Below, in pieces: positions 1-10,009 of a DNA stretch of 59,154 bases (its first letter is position 1; each line of letters opens with the position of its first letter). The stretch spans positions 1 to 59,154 of the forward strand of contig JAZNNH010000002.1 of the NCBI GenBank assembly GCA_045580105.1, given 5' to 3'. The position numbers were made by a program, and so were the translations under genes. The DNA comes from Eubacteriales bacterium. GTDB lineage: Bacteria; Bacillota; Clostridia; Oscillospirales; SIG627. The notes below the pieces were generated by a model. The model was not told the origin of the DNA and made no database searches. It worked only from the letters and a program-made list of their open reading frames with translations.

Positions 1-823
1 GGGTGTAGAAGAGGGAATAAGCTTTGGGTGTGGGCTGCTCTACGTGTACGTTCTCAAACTGGTGACCGGTGATCTCTAAAGATCCGGGTGTTGCTTGACA
101 AACAGAGGCCTTGGGAACGGAGAAGACGTGGTTGAAAGGAATGTCGTCAGGGAAAGCGAGTGCTGTGGTGGCAAGATAGGTTTCATCCTTGTAGACACCG
201 GCACACATGGGACGGGTGATATCACCGATGGTGATCACACCGGGCAGTTTTGCATGCAAACAAAGCATCACAAGGTCCATGGGGCGAGTATCCAGGGCAT
301 TCGCCACGGCCTGCGACATCGTTTCCTTGGTCACATCGGTTTCTTTCAACTCGTCACCGATCATCATGGCATACAATTCACCAACGTGGAAGCCACAGCC
401 GCTTTTGAGTCTCGGCTTGCTGCTCGGGAAGGTAGAACGAAGATTGACGCCTCTGTCCTCATATTTTTGCATGATTTCATTGGTTTTTTTATAGAGTTCG
501 GGGTGTCTGCTGCAGCCGCGTCCGGTGCCGTTGAAGATGAGAGCGCAAGTGTCATCATCGTTCAAAAAGGGGTGCGCGCTTGACACTCTGCTTGCAACGG
601 GGCGGGAGTGCAAAATGCCACAGGTGCCGGGGAAGTTGAGGGCATCGGTGGTACGAACCAGTTCTTCCACGTCGCCCAAAACCTTTGCGGTGTAAATTTT
701 TCCTTCGTGAATGGTGGCAATACCGGTGCTCAGACCGCCATCCATAAATTCTTGACGGCGCATCATCTCGATTAAGATAGGTGCTGCGCGTTTTGAGCCG
801 GTGTATCCTGCTAAGTTACACAT
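1..823 (-). CDS. Class II (Ntn) glutamine amidotransferase domain protein, GlmS/PurF-like N-terminus; C-terminal part lies outside the window
   Basis: Absent from the ORF track because it runs off the window edge. The reverse strand from ATG (821-823) reads MCNLAGYTGSKRAAPILIEMMRRQEFMDGGLSTGIATIHEGK... with no stop to position 1. A Met-Cys N-terminus is typical of Ntn amidotransferases. SD GGAGGA (complement of 831-836) lies 7 nt upstream. Confidence 0.6.
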   Translation of the reverse strand, partial: MCNLAGYTGSKRAAPILIEMMRRQEFMDGGLSTGIATIHEGKIYTAKVLGDVEELVRTTDALNFPGTCGILHSRPVASRVSSAHPFLNDDDTCALIFNGTGRGCSRHPELYKKTNEIMQKYEDRGVNLRSTFPSSKPRLKSGCGFHVGELYAMMIGDELKETDVTKETMSQAVANALDTRPMDLVMLCLHAKLPGVITIGDITRPMCAGVYKDETYLATTALAFPDDIPFNHVFSVPKASVCQATPGSLEITGHQFENVHVEQPTPKAYSLFYT

Positions 824-939
824 TTTTCGATCCTCCGATTTTGTGTTTAAAAATGTTAATCTGTTATTGAAATTATATTTTATCAGCCGATAAAAATCAA
901 GCATTTCTTTTGACTTTTTTCGATAATTAAGCGATTTTT

Positions 940-971
940 TTTGCAAAAAAACGCCGCATAAAGCGGCGCTT
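940..971 (-). terminator. Rho-independent terminator downstream of fba
   Basis: GC-rich hairpin gcgccgc-ttta-gcggcg (952-970) is followed on the minus strand by a U-run (A-run 944-951 on plus). Confidence 0.75.
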
Positions 972-983
972 TTGTTTTGGTTC

Positions 984-1955
984 TTATTCCGCTTTGCCTG
1001 CGCAGCCCAAAACGTTGATCAGCTTGTGACGAACGATTTCTTTGATGTTGGCTCTTGCGGGCTTGAGATATTCTCTGGGGTCGAACTTGGAGGGCTCATC
1101 GTTCATGAATTTGCGGATGGTACCGGTCATTGCAAGACGCAGGTCGGAGTCGATGTTGATCTTACAAACGGAAAGGGAAGCGGCTTTGCGAAGCTGTTCT
1201 TCGGGAACGCCGATTGCGTTGGGCATCTTACCGCCGTTTTCATTGACCATCTTCACGTATTCCTGAGGAACGGAGGAAGAACCGTGAAGAACGATCGGGA
1301 AGCCCGGAAGTCTCTTGGTTACTTCTTCCAAAACGTCGAAGCGAAGTGCGGGGGGAACGAGAATGCCCTGCTCGTTTACGGTGCACTGTTCGGGAGTGAA
1401 CTTGTATGCGCCGTGAGAAGTGCCGATGGCGATTGCCAAGGAGTCGCATCCGGTTCTGGTAACGAATTCTTCCACTTCTTCGGGCTTGGTGTAGGAAGCG
1501 GCTTCAGCGGCGACCTTTACGTCGTCTTCAATGCCGGAAAGAGAACCGAGCTCTGCTTCGACAACAACACCGTGAGCGTGAGCGTATTCTACGACTTTTT
1601 TGGTAATTTCGATGTTTTCTTCAAAGGGCTTGGAAGAAGCATCGATCATAACAGAGGTAAAGCCACCGTCGATACAGGATTTACAGGTTTCAAAACTATC
1701 GCCGTGGTCCAAGTGAAGTGCAATCGGAATGTTGGGGCATTCCTGAACGGCAGCTTCTACCAGTTTCACCAAGTAAGTGTGGTTGGCGTAAGCTCTGGCG
1801 CCTTTGGATACCTGCAAAATAACAGGAGAATTTTCTTCTGCGCAAGCTTCGGTAATTCCCTGTACGATTTCCATGTTGTTTACGTTGAAAGCGCCGACGG
1901 CATAACCACCGTTATAGGCCTTTTCAAACATTTCTTTTGTTGTTACAAGTGCCAT
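984..1955 (-). CDS. fba: Fructose-1,6-bisphosphate aldolase, class II
   Basis: MALVTTKEMFEKAYNGGYAVGAFNVNNMEIVQGI...LHLDHGDSFE matches class II FBA. Start moved to the ATG at 1953-1955, which has SD AGGGAG 8 nt upstream. The ORF-track start at 2033 lacks an SD. Confidence 0.92.
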   Translation of the reverse strand: MALVTTKEMFEKAYNGGYAVGAFNVNNMEIVQGITEACAEENSPVILQVSKGARAYANHTYLVKLVEAAVQECPNIPIALHLDHGDSFETCKSCIDGGFTSVMIDASSKPFEENIEITKKVVEYAHAHGVVVEAELGSLSGIEDDVKVAAEAASYTKPEEVEEFVTRTGCDSLAIAIGTSHGAYKFTPEQCTVNEQGILVPPALRFDVLEEVTKRLPGFPIVLHGSSSVPQEYVKMVNENGGKMPNAIGVPEEQLRKAASLSVCKINIDSDLRLAMTGTIRKFMNDEPSKFDPREYLKPARANIKEIVRHKLINVLGCAGKAE

Positions 1956-2004
1956 TTTTTCAATCTCCCTATCGTTTAAATTTTGTCGTATCAACAATCG
2001 ATTT

Positions 2005-2033
2005 ATTCTAACACGATGAAAATTGCGTGTCAA
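2005..2033 (-). promoter_or_regulatory. Sigma-70-type promoter for fba
   Basis: On the minus strand: TTGACA (2028-2033), 17-nt spacer, TAGAAT (2005-2010) preceded by TGT (extended -10). Confidence 0.5.
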
Positions 2034-2048
2034 GTAACTAACGGCAAT

Positions 2049-2861
2049 TTATTCTTTTTCCGGAAGGAAATTTTCGAAGATAAAACCGTTGAAATGACGT
2101 TTCTTTTCTTCCAGCGTTTTTGCGCTGCGAAACGTCCAGCCCAAGCTCTCCGCACCCAGCCAAACAACCAATCGGCGCATAAGGGCGTCGCTGTCTTCGA
2201 GCTTGTAAGCAATAAAATCGGGTTTGGCAATGAAATTGAGGAGCATATTACCCAGCAAACGCTTTGCCAATCCCTCGTTTTGAAACTTTGCGGCAAGTAG
2301 ACCGCGGCAAACCGTTCGGTTGTGGAATTTGTACCAGCCCAAAACCTGCGGATAAAAGGACTGCACGAAATAGTCACCCTTGTATTGGGACAGAATCTCG
2401 CTGGCGGCGCGGCAAAGCTGCTTTGCGTTGTTTTTCACCTTGAATTCGATGAGAAGAAACTGTTTTCCGTTTACCAAGTTCAAGGTTTCTTCCAGAGTGG
2501 GGATTTTCTCGTCGCTGTCGAGAAGACGAAGGGTGCGAAGCTCTTCCAGCGTCTTTTCTTCGACGCTGCCTTCCGAGCCGCACATTCTCTCAAGCTTTTC
2601 GTCGTGAAAGACCACTACCTTGTTGTCTTTGGTCAGATGAATGTCAATTTCAATGGGAAAGCCGTGCTTGAGTGCTTGTTCAAAGGCGGAAAGAGAGTTT
2701 TCGGGAATGGATTTGCTCTTGTCGTGAAGACCGCGGTGTGCAATATAGGCGCCGCGCAGCATTCCGATCTTCGGATGCTTGCGATCCGAGGGGGAAATGA
2801 GAATGAGAAAAACAAGAATCAGTCCGACAAGGATGGAGGAAACGGTAAGAAACGTTGTCAT
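2049..2861 (-). CDS. Glycerophosphodiester phosphodiesterase (GDPD family) with N-terminal membrane anchor
   Basis: HRGLHD...ENSLSAFEQALKHGFPIEIDIHLTKDNKVVVFHDEKL is the GDPD catalytic signature. Hydrophobic N-terminus. Lies 9 nt downstream of the MFS gene. Confidence 0.85.
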   Translation of the reverse strand: MTTFLTVSSILVGLILVFLILISPSDRKHPKIGMLRGAYIAHRGLHDKSKSIPENSLSAFEQALKHGFPIEIDIHLTKDNKVVVFHDEKLERMCGSEGSVEEKTLEELRTLRLLDSDEKIPTLEETLNLVNGKQFLLIEFKVKNNAKQLCRAASEILSQYKGDYFVQSFYPQVLGWYKFHNRTVCRGLLAAKFQNEGLAKRLLGNMLLNFIAKPDFIAYKLEDSDALMRRLVVWLGAESLGWTFRSAKTLEEKKRHFNGFIFENFLPEKE

Positions 2862-2870
2862 ATCAGTACC

Positions 2871-4157
2871 TCAATTCTGTTTGGTTGTCTTTTTGCTGTC
2901 ACCGTGACGAACCAGCGTCATGGTTAAAAAGGAGAGTGCGGAAAACAGGACGGCATAGGGGAATAAAATGCGGTAACCGCCGGAAAGATGGTCGATCAAA
3001 AAGCCGGAAAGCAGGGGCGTTGTGATCTGGGCTGCCATGGAAAAGGTATAGTAAAATCCGGTGTATTTTCCGACGTCAGCGCCGCTTGCCATTTCCACCA
3101 CCATCGGGAAGGAATTGACGTTGATGGCCGCCCAGCCGATGCCGACCAGAGCAAACAGAAGATAAATGATCGGGGTCGCGCGCGTCAGGGTGATCGCAAC
3201 GGCGTAGCAGGCAGTCATCAGCGTGATTCCCAGCAGAACCGTCTTTTTTCTTCCCAGCTTATCCGAGATCCAGCCGAGGGGCACAAAGGCGGCAATGGCA
3301 CTGACGGTCGCCGTGAGCAGATACCCGGAACTGGTCCCCAAATCTGCGTCGAGCACCTCGACGCAGTAGCGCGAAAAGGCGGTGGTGACGGCGTTGTATG
3401 CCATAAACCACAAAAAGACGGAAAGCAGGATCAAGATCAAGCTTGCAAAAACGTCTTTTGGAAGTTTTTTGCCTTTGTTTTCCTCGATCTGAGGTTCGGG
3501 CTCCGTGTCCATCAAAGGTTCCACTTCCTTCAAAAGTCGGTTTTCTTTGACGGTGAAAACCAAAATCAGAACGGACAGAAGCATGAACGCGGCAATGATT
3601 GCAAAAACGGGCAGGAAGGACTGACCCGCGGTATAAACGGATTCACCGGCTTCGTTTTTCTCGCTTTTGAGAAGAAACATCATCACAACGGTGGCAAAAA
3701 TACCGCCGATGTAACCCACGAGATTGATGATCGCGTTGGCTTTGGAGCGAAGCGGTTTCGGGGTCACGTCCGGCATATAGGCAACCGCAGGCGTGCGGTA
3801 AGTACTCATCACAAACAAAAGGGAAAAGAGCACGATCATAAACCAGACGGTGTTTTTCGAGGAAGTGAACACGCCCATAAGAACGAGAAGGGAGGTGGAA
3901 AGGAGCGTGCCGATGAGAATGTAGGGCGTTCGTTTTCCCAGACGAGTGCGGGTTCGGTCGGAAAGAGAGCCGAACAGAGGAAGCATGAAAATGGCAAGGA
4001 TGTTATCGACCGACATGATGGCGTTTGCCTGCAGCGTGGAAAACGAGAAAACGTTTTCCAAAACGTAGGGAATGACCTGATCGTACATCTGCCAGAATGC
4101 AAGAATGGACATGAAGGCAAGACCGATGAGCGTGGTGCGTTTGACGTTGAGTTTCAT
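2871..4157 (-). CDS. MFS transporter (GPH/SLC45-like)
   Basis: About 12 hydrophobic segments, with the motif LSDRTRTRLGKRTPYIL after TM2. Start set at ATG 4155-4157 (MKLNVKR), which has SD AGGAGG. Apparent operon with the GDPD gene. Confidence 0.8.
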   Translation of the reverse strand: MKLNVKRTTLIGLAFMSILAFWQMYDQVIPYVLENVFSFSTLQANAIMSVDNILAIFMLPLFGSLSDRTRTRLGKRTPYILIGTLLSTSLLVLMGVFTSSKNTVWFMIVLFSLLFVMSTYRTPAVAYMPDVTPKPLRSKANAIINLVGYIGGIFATVVMMFLLKSEKNEAGESVYTAGQSFLPVFAIIAAFMLLSVLILVFTVKENRLLKEVEPLMDTEPEPQIEENKGKKLPKDVFASLILILLSVFLWFMAYNAVTTAFSRYCVEVLDADLGTSSGYLLTATVSAIAAFVPLGWISDKLGRKKTVLLGITLMTACYAVAITLTRATPIIYLLFALVGIGWAAINVNSFPMVVEMASGADVGKYTGFYYTFSMAAQITTPLLSGFLIDHLSGGYRILFPYAVLFSALSFLTMTLVRHGDSKKTTKQN

Positions 4158-4355
4158 AGGACCTCCTGACAATTGATTTCGAATGAAATATACCATATTT
4201 TTCGGCAAAAATCAAGAAAAACAGAAAGCGGTTCATTTGTGATTAAAATTACCGGATAGAATTGACTTTAGAACCGTTTTGTGGTAAGATATTATGAAAT
4301 ATATAATAATATGCGAAACTTTGTTTTTGCATTGAATTGAGGTCTTAGAAACGAG

Positions 4356-4880
4356 ATGGTAATTTTAGGGATCGATCCGGGTATTGCCACGACCGGCTTC
4401 GGCGTTTGCCGCAAGACGGGAGACCGCTTTGAGTATATCAACTGCGGAGTCATTGAAACGGCAAAGGGACAACGCGTGGAAAAGCGCATTCGACACGTTC
4501 ACGACAGTGTGGTAAAGCTGATCGAAACCTATCAGCCCGATGCCCTTGCCATTGAAGAGCTGTTCTTTGCCAACAACCAAAAGACGGTGATCAACGTTGC
4601 TCAGGCAAGAGGGTGCGTTCTGCTGGCTGCGGAAGAGCGGGGAATTCCTGTTTTCGAATATACTCCGCTGCAGGTCAAGCAGTCCGTGGTCGGATTCGGC
4701 AGAGCAGAAAAACGACAGGTAATGGAAATGGTTCGCATCCTGTTTCATCTTCCCGGCGTGCCGCGTCCGGACGACGCTGCGGATGCCCTAGCTATTGCGC
4801 TGACGCACGGTTACCGCTCTTCGAATAAGATCGCACGGCTTCAGACCTTACAAGACTCCAAGAAAACGGGAGGAAATTAA
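4356..4880 (+). CDS. ruvC: Crossover junction endodeoxyribonuclease RuvC
   Basis: MVILGIDPGIATTGFGV... and C-terminal DAADALAIALTH are RuvC catalytic motifs. Directly followed by ruvA and ruvB. Confidence 0.92.
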   Translation: MVILGIDPGIATTGFGVCRKTGDRFEYINCGVIETAKGQRVEKRIRHVHDSVVKLIETYQPDALAIEELFFANNQKTVINVAQARGCVLLAAEERGIPVFEYTPLQVKQSVVGFGRAEKRQVMEMVRILFHLPGVPRPDDAADALAIALTHGYRSSNKIARLQTLQDSKKTGGN

Positions 4881-5495
4881 ATGTTCGACTATATTTCCGG
4901 CACGCTTCAGGCGCTGTCCGCAGGTTTTTGCGTGGTAGATACCCACGGCATCGGCTTTCACATGATCATTTCCGCCAAGACAGCCGGCCGTCTTTCGTCC
5001 CAAAATCAAAAAGAAGTTCGCCTTTATACTTATCTGAGCATGGGCTCGGGCGATCGAATGGGAATGACCCTCTTCGGCTTTGCGACGGCGCAGGAGAGAG
5101 AAATGTTCCTGCACTTGATCGACGTTTCGGGGGTCGGACCGAAAGTTGCGATTTCCGTTCTGTCCGCGCTGGATCCGGAAGAGCTTTCCATGTGTGTGCT
5201 CGCAGGAGACGCCAAGGCGCTCACCGCTGCACAGGGGCTTGGCATGAAGGGCGCGCAAAAGATCATTTTGGAACTGAAAGATAGAATTGCCAAAAACGTA
5301 ACCGTCACGGGATCTGAGAGCACCGTTTCCAAATCGCAGCCGGCGCCGACGTCGGATTTGTCGGAGGCGGTCAACGCGTTGGTTGTTCTGGGCTATCAGC
5401 CCCAAGTCGCCGCCTCTGCGGTTCGCGGGGTAGCCGACAAGGCAAAGGATCTGCAGGATCTGATTCGCCTTGCTTTAAAATCCATGGGAGAATAA
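4881..5495 (+). CDS. ruvA: Holliday junction branch migration complex subunit RuvA
   Basis: MFDYISGTL... with the helix-hairpin-helix region LIDVSGVGPKVAISVLS. Synteny with ruvC and ruvB. Confidence 0.92.
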   Translation: MFDYISGTLQALSAGFCVVDTHGIGFHMIISAKTAGRLSSQNQKEVRLYTYLSMGSGDRMGMTLFGFATAQEREMFLHLIDVSGVGPKVAISVLSALDPEELSMCVLAGDAKALTAAQGLGMKGAQKIILELKDRIAKNVTVTGSESTVSKSQPAPTSDLSEAVNALVVLGYQPQVAASAVRGVADKAKDLQDLIRLALKSMGE

Positions 5496-5501
5496 AACAG
5501 T

Positions 5502-6578
5502 ATGTCACAAGAGTTTGAAACCGATTTTGAAAATCGAATCGTTTCCGCCAAATTCACCCCCGCCGATGCAACGGAAGAGGTCGGGGAAGAATTGTCCCTG
5601 CGACCGCAAACCCTTTCGGATTACGTGGGACAGGAAAAGATCAAAGAAAACCTGAAGGTGTTCATTCAAGCCGCAAAGCTCCGTGGAGAGCCACTGGATC
5701 ACATTTTGCTTTACGGACCGCCCGGCTTGGGAAAAACCACGCTCTCTCATATCATTGCCAATGAAATGGGCGTTGGCATTAAGATCACGTCCGGCCCTGC
5801 CATTGAAAAGCCCGGTGATCTTGCGGCGATCCTTTCGTCACTTTCTGCGGGAGACGTGCTCTTTATTGACGAGATCCACCGTCTTTCCCGTGCCATTGAA
5901 GAAATTTTATATCCTGCGATGGAGGATTTTGCCTTGGATATTATGATGGGGCAAGGTCCTGCTGCCAGAAGCATTCGCATTCCGCTGGAAAAGTTCACCC
6001 TGATCGGTGCAACGACACGCGCCGGCTCGCTTTCTTCTCCGCTGCGTGACCGTTTCGGTATGCTGATGCGCTTAGAGCTTTACACCAATGAAGAGCTCTC
6101 TTCCATCGTTTCCCGTTCCGCAGGCATTCTCAGTATTCCCATTCAGTCGACCGGCGCACTGGAAATTGCCACGCGCAGCCGCGGCACGCCCCGTATTGCG
6201 AACCGCCTTTTGAAGCGCGTGCGCGACTTTGCGATGGTGAAAGGGGACGGCGTTATTACCGATGCCATTGCCAAAATGGCACTGGATCGACTGGAAGTGG
6301 ATGAATTGGGTCTGGATCAGATTGACAGAAAGCTTCTCAGTGCCATTATCCGCAATTTTTCGGGTGGACCCGTGGGTCTGGAAACGCTTTCTGCCACCAT
6401 CGGCGAGGAAGCCGTTACCATTGAAGACGTATACGAACCGTATCTGATGCAGATCGGCTTTCTTTCCCGCACGCCCCGTGGAAGATGCGTCACGCCTCAC
6501 GCCTATCGGCATTTGGGGCTGGCCGTGCCGACGGAGTCGATGCAGTTGACCATGGACGGTCTTCAGGAGGAAGTGTAA
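5502..6578 (+). CDS. ruvB: Holliday junction DNA helicase RuvB
   Basis: [19 protein letters not shown], Walker [10 protein letters not shown], Walker [10 protein letters not shown]. Confidence 0.95.
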   Translation: MSQEFETDFENRIVSAKFTPADATEEVGEELSLRPQTLSDYVGQEKIKENLKVFIQAAKLRGEPLDHILLYGPPGLGKTTLSHIIANEMGVGIKITSGPAIEKPGDLAAILSSLSAGDVLFIDEIHRLSRAIEEILYPAMEDFALDIMMGQGPAARSIRIPLEKFTLIGATTRAGSLSSPLRDRFGMLMRLELYTNEELSSIVSRSAGILSIPIQSTGALEIATRSRGTPRIANRLLKRVRDFAMVKGDGVITDAIAKMALDRLEVDELGLDQIDRKLLSAIIRNFSGGPVGLETLSATIGEEAVTIEDVYEPYLMQIGFLSRTPRGRCVTPHAYRHLGLAVPTESMQLTMDGLQEEV

Positions 6579-7450
6579 TGTGGTATCTGGAAGATTTGGG
6601 AGATTACGAGCTGTTGGATTGCTCGGACGGACAGCGCTTGGAGCGATGGGGTGATTATATCCTCATCCGTCCCGATCCTCAAGTCGTGTGGAAGGGGGTG
6701 GCCCGCCACAGCGCTTGGAAAAGAGCGGATGCGGTTTATTCACGGTCCAAATCCGGCGGCGGTGCGTGGAACGATCACCGATTGCCCGAAACTTGGACGA
6801 TGCACATTGCCGATTTGGATTTTAACGTCAAGCCGATGGGCTTTAAGCATACCGGAGTTTTCCCCGAACAGGCATCCAACTGGCGTTGGATTGAATCCCT
6901 TTGCCAAAAGCGCAAGGCGGAAAAACAAACGGTATCCGTTCTCAATCTCTTCGGCTACACCGGCGGAGCCAGTCTTGCGGCTGCCAAAGGCGGTGCTTCG
7001 GTTTGTCACGTCGATGCCGCCAAGAATATGGTGGCGCTGGCAAAGGAAAACTTCCGTCTTTCCGGCTTGGAGCAGGCACCTTGTCGCTTTTTGGTAGACG
7101 ATGCGTTGAAATTCGTTCAGCGGGAACAGCGCCGCGGCAACCGATACGATGCCATCATTATGGACCCGCCCTCCTACGGAAGAGGACCCAAAGGGGAAAT
7201 GTGGCATCTGGAAGACAGCATCCACGATCTGATTCGCCAAACGGCTGCCATTCTCAGCGACGATCCTTTGTTTTATCTTGTGAATTCTTACACAACCGGT
7301 CTTTCCGGAAGTGCGGTTTCGTATCTTGTAGAAGAAGAGGTGTGCCGCCGCTTCGGCGGGAACGTTACTTCCGATGAACTCGGTATTTTGGTCAAAAGTA
7401 CGGGTCGGTGCTTGCCATGCGGCTTTGCCACCCGTTGGGAAAAGGAGTAA
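6578..7450 (+). CDS. Class I SAM-dependent (rRNA-type, RlmI/YwbD-like) methyltransferase
   Basis: VLNLFGYTGGASLAAAKGGA...DAIIMDPPSYGRG motifs. Start set at ATG 6578, which overlaps the ruvB stop (TAATG) and has SD AGGAGG at 6565-6570. Confidence 0.75.
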   Translation: MWYLEDLGDYELLDCSDGQRLERWGDYILIRPDPQVVWKGVARHSAWKRADAVYSRSKSGGGAWNDHRLPETWTMHIADLDFNVKPMGFKHTGVFPEQASNWRWIESLCQKRKAEKQTVSVLNLFGYTGGASLAAAKGGASVCHVDAAKNMVALAKENFRLSGLEQAPCRFLVDDALKFVQREQRRGNRYDAIIMDPPSYGRGPKGEMWHLEDSIHDLIRQTAAILSDDPLFYLVNSYTTGLSGSAVSYLVEEEVCRRFGGNVTSDELGILVKSTGRCLPCGFATRWEKE

Positions 7451-7453
7451 AAG

Positions 7454-8338
7454 TTGAAACCCGAAACCATCATTTCTTGCGAGAATATTTCGTTTCAGTA
7501 TGAAACCGATCGGCAGGAAATGCAAAAAGCGGTAAAGGATGTTTCCTTTACCATTGAAAAAGGTAGTTTCGTTGCCATTTTGGGACGAAACGGAAGCGGA
7601 AAAAGTACCCTGGCAAAACTGATGAACGGAATTTTGGTTCCTCAGTCCGGAACGGTTTTTGCTTTTGGTATGGATACCGCAAAGGAAGAAAATCTGCTTC
7701 CCATCCGCAAGCGTGTGGGAATGGTGTTTCAGAATCCCGATAACCAGTTGGTGTCCAATCTGGTGGAGGAGGACGTCGCGTTCGGACCGGAGAATCTGGG
7801 GATTCCCCCGAAAACGATCCGCGAACTGGTCGACCGTGCATTGAAAACGGTCGGAATGGAGCAGTTTGCCAAGCATTCTCCTCACAAGCTTTCCGGCGGT
7901 CAGAAACAGAGAATTGCAATTGCCGGCATCTTAGCGATGAATCCGGAGTGCATTCTCTTTGATGAATCCACCGCGATGCTCGATCCCCAAGGACGGCGTG
8001 AGATTATGGAAACCATTCTCCGTCTGAACCGAGAGGAAAATATGACGGTCGTTCTCATCACGCATCATATGGATGAAGCGGTGCAGGCAGACCGTGTGAT
8101 CGTGATGGAAGAGGGAAGAATTGTGCGCGACGGCACGCCGAAAGAAATTTTTTCCGACGTTGCGTTTTTGCACGCATCGGGTCTGGAAGCCCCTCAGGTG
8201 ACGGAACTGATCCACCTTTTGTCGGAGGATCCCGTTTTGTCAGAGCGCTTTGAGTTCCCGAAAGGGATTTTGGAAGAAAAGGAAGCATCTCAATTCATCT
8301 TGAGTTTGTTTGGAAAAGGAACGTATGGCAGAAATTAA
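7454..8338 (+). CDS. ecfA1: Energy-coupling factor transporter ATPase EcfA1
   Basis: Walker A GRNGSGKST, signature LSGGQKQR, Walker B ILFDEST. TTG start with SD AAAGGAG. Followed by ecfA2 and ecfT. Confidence 0.9.
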   Translation: MKPETIISCENISFQYETDRQEMQKAVKDVSFTIEKGSFVAILGRNGSGKSTLAKLMNGILVPQSGTVFAFGMDTAKEENLLPIRKRVGMVFQNPDNQLVSNLVEEDVAFGPENLGIPPKTIRELVDRALKTVGMEQFAKHSPHKLSGGQKQRIAIAGILAMNPECILFDESTAMLDPQGRREIMETILRLNREENMTVVLITHHMDEAVQADRVIVMEEGRIVRDGTPKEIFSDVAFLHASGLEAPQVTELIHLLSEDPVLSERFEFPKGILEEKEASQFILSLFGKGTYGRN

Positions 8339-9188
8339 ACTGGAGCATGTCTTTTACCGATACAGTCCGGATACCCCGTTTGAAAAAACGGCGCTCCGCG
8401 ACGTCGATCTGACCTTTACCCCCGGGGTGATTACCGGAGTGATCGGTCATACCGGTTCGGGAAAAAGCACGTTGGCGCAGCTGTTAAACGGCATCCTTCA
8501 GCCGACCCAAGGCCGTGTGCTTTTGGATGGGGAAGAGATCTTTGCCGATGCAAAATCGCGTCACAATGCTCGTTTTCGAGTGGGGCTTGTGTTTCAGTAC
8601 CCCGAATATCAGCTGTTTGAAGAAACCGTGTATCGCGATATTGCGTTCGGACCTCAGAATATGGGGAAAAGTCCCGAAGAGATCCGAAGCTTGGTGGAAG
8701 ACGCCGCCTATTTTACCGCGCTGGATCAGGATCTGATGGAAAAATCTCCCTTTGAACTGTCGGGCGGTCAAAAACGCAGAGTTGCCATTGCGGGAATCTT
8801 AGCAATGGATCCGGACGTGTTGGTTTTGGACGAACCCGCGGCAGGGCTTGACCCCAGCGGTAGAGCCGAGATTCTCGGACGATTGAAAACCTATCAGAGA
8901 GAAAAGAACAAAACCGTTCTTCTCATCTCCCACAGTATGGAAGACGTTGCCCGCTATGCGGATGAGATTCTGGTGCTCAGAGAGGGAAAGGTCTATCTGC
9001 ACGGTACGGTCGATCACGTGTTCTCCGATCCGCAGAAGCTGACCGAGGCACATCTTTCTTTGCCTCAGATTACAAGACTTGTCCTTGAATTGAGGAAAAA
9101 CGGAATTTCGGTGCCCGATTCGGTGCACACGGTCGAAGACGCGCTCTTCTTCCTCAAGCGCGAGCTGAAAGGGGGAGAAGGATGTTAA
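8325..9188 (+). CDS. ecfA2: Energy-coupling factor transporter ATPase EcfA2
   Basis: GHTGSGKST, LSGGQKRRVAIAG, VLVLDEPAAGLD. Start set at ATG 8325 (MAEIKLEHV). Confidence 0.9.
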   Translation: MAEIKLEHVFYRYSPDTPFEKTALRDVDLTFTPGVITGVIGHTGSGKSTLAQLLNGILQPTQGRVLLDGEEIFADAKSRHNARFRVGLVFQYPEYQLFEETVYRDIAFGPQNMGKSPEEIRSLVEDAAYFTALDQDLMEKSPFELSGGQKRRVAIAGILAMDPDVLVLDEPAAGLDPSGRAEILGRLKTYQREKNKTVLLISHSMEDVARYADEILVLREGKVYLHGTVDHVFSDPQKLTEAHLSLPQITRLVLELRKNGISVPDSVHTVEDALFFLKRELKGGEGC

Positions 9189-10009
9189 AAGACATTACCT
9201 TGGGACAGTATTTCCCCGGCAACAGCATCTTGCACCGCCTCGATCCCCGTATGAAGATTCTTTTGATGCTCTCGTACGTGATCTTGGTCTTTTTTGCAAA
9301 GAATCTGATGTCCTTTGCCTATCTTTCCGTTTTGGTTCTTTTGATGCTGTTTTTTTCCGGCATTTCGACGAAAGTGCTGTTAAAGGGCTTGAAGCCGGTC
9401 GTATTCATTTCGATTTTCACCGCCGTCATTAATTTGTTTTGGACCACGGGCGAAACGCCTTTGGTATCCATTGCCTTCATTCAGATCTATCCGGAGGGAA
9501 TTTGGCGTGCGCTCTTTATGGTCGTTCGTATCATCTCCCTTGTGGCGGGTACCAGCTTACTTTTGACCTATACCACAAGTCCGATGGATTTGACGGATGC
9601 CTTGGAGAGTTTGCTCTCTCCCTTGAAAAAACTTCGCGTTCCGGTCCACGAGTTTGCGATGATGATGTCTTTGGCACTTCGTTTCGTTCCGACCCTCATC
9701 GAAGAAACGGAAAAAATCATCAACGCCCAAAAAGCGCGTGGAGCCGATTTTGAATCGGGCCATCTCTTGCAGCGTGCAAAAGCGTTGGTTCCGATTCTCA
9801 TTCCGCTTTTCATTTCTGCCTTTTCCCGTGCGACGGATTTGGCGGTGGCAATGGAGTGCCGCTGCTACGTGGGCGGGCAGGGAAGAACCCGAATGCGCCA
9901 GATGCATCTTCGTTTGCGTGACGCGATGGTCTTTGCCCTCTTCCTCTTGCTCTTTTTCGGTATTGTGTTTGCGGCAAAAATCCCCCTGTTTTCAGGTGCA
10001 AGCTTATGA
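9182..10009 (+). CDS. ecfT: Energy-coupling factor transporter transmembrane protein EcfT
   Basis: Polytopic membrane protein with the conserved ARG motif region (INAQKARGADF). Position after ecfA1 and ecfA2. Confidence 0.88.
   Translation: MLKDITLGQYFPGNSILHRLDPRMKILLMLSYVILVFFAKNLMSFAYLSVLVLLMLFFSGISTKVLLKGLKPVVFISIFTAVINLFWTTGETPLVSIAFIQIYPEGIWRALFMVVRIISLVAGTSLLLTYTTSPMDLTDALESLLSPLKKLRVPVHEFAMMMSLALRFVPTLIEETEKIINAQKARGADFESGHLLQRAKALVPILIPLFISAFSRATDLAVAMECRCYVGGQGRTRMRQMHLRLRDAMVFALFLLLFFGIVFAAKIPLFSGASL

Noticed and set aside
95-583. Plus-strand ORFs listed by the track at the left edge (95-583, 207-494)
   Set aside because: The real gene here is on the minus strand (1-823, MCNLAGY... 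amidotransferase), with an SD and a promoter. The plus-strand ORFs are its shadows.
4158-4355. Strand-polarity switch between the MFS gene and ruvC as a candidate replication origin
   Set aside because: The interval is only 198 bp and is explained by two divergent promoters (TTGATT-17-TATATT on minus, TTGACT-17-TAAGAT on plus). There are no DnaA boxes, no AT-rich unwinding repeats, and no dnaA nearby.
6740-7885. 381-aa minus-strand ORF spanning the methyltransferase/ecfA1 junction
   Set aside because: It is antisense to two motif-supported genes and crosses their intergenic SD. Its composition is typical of non-coding antisense frames.
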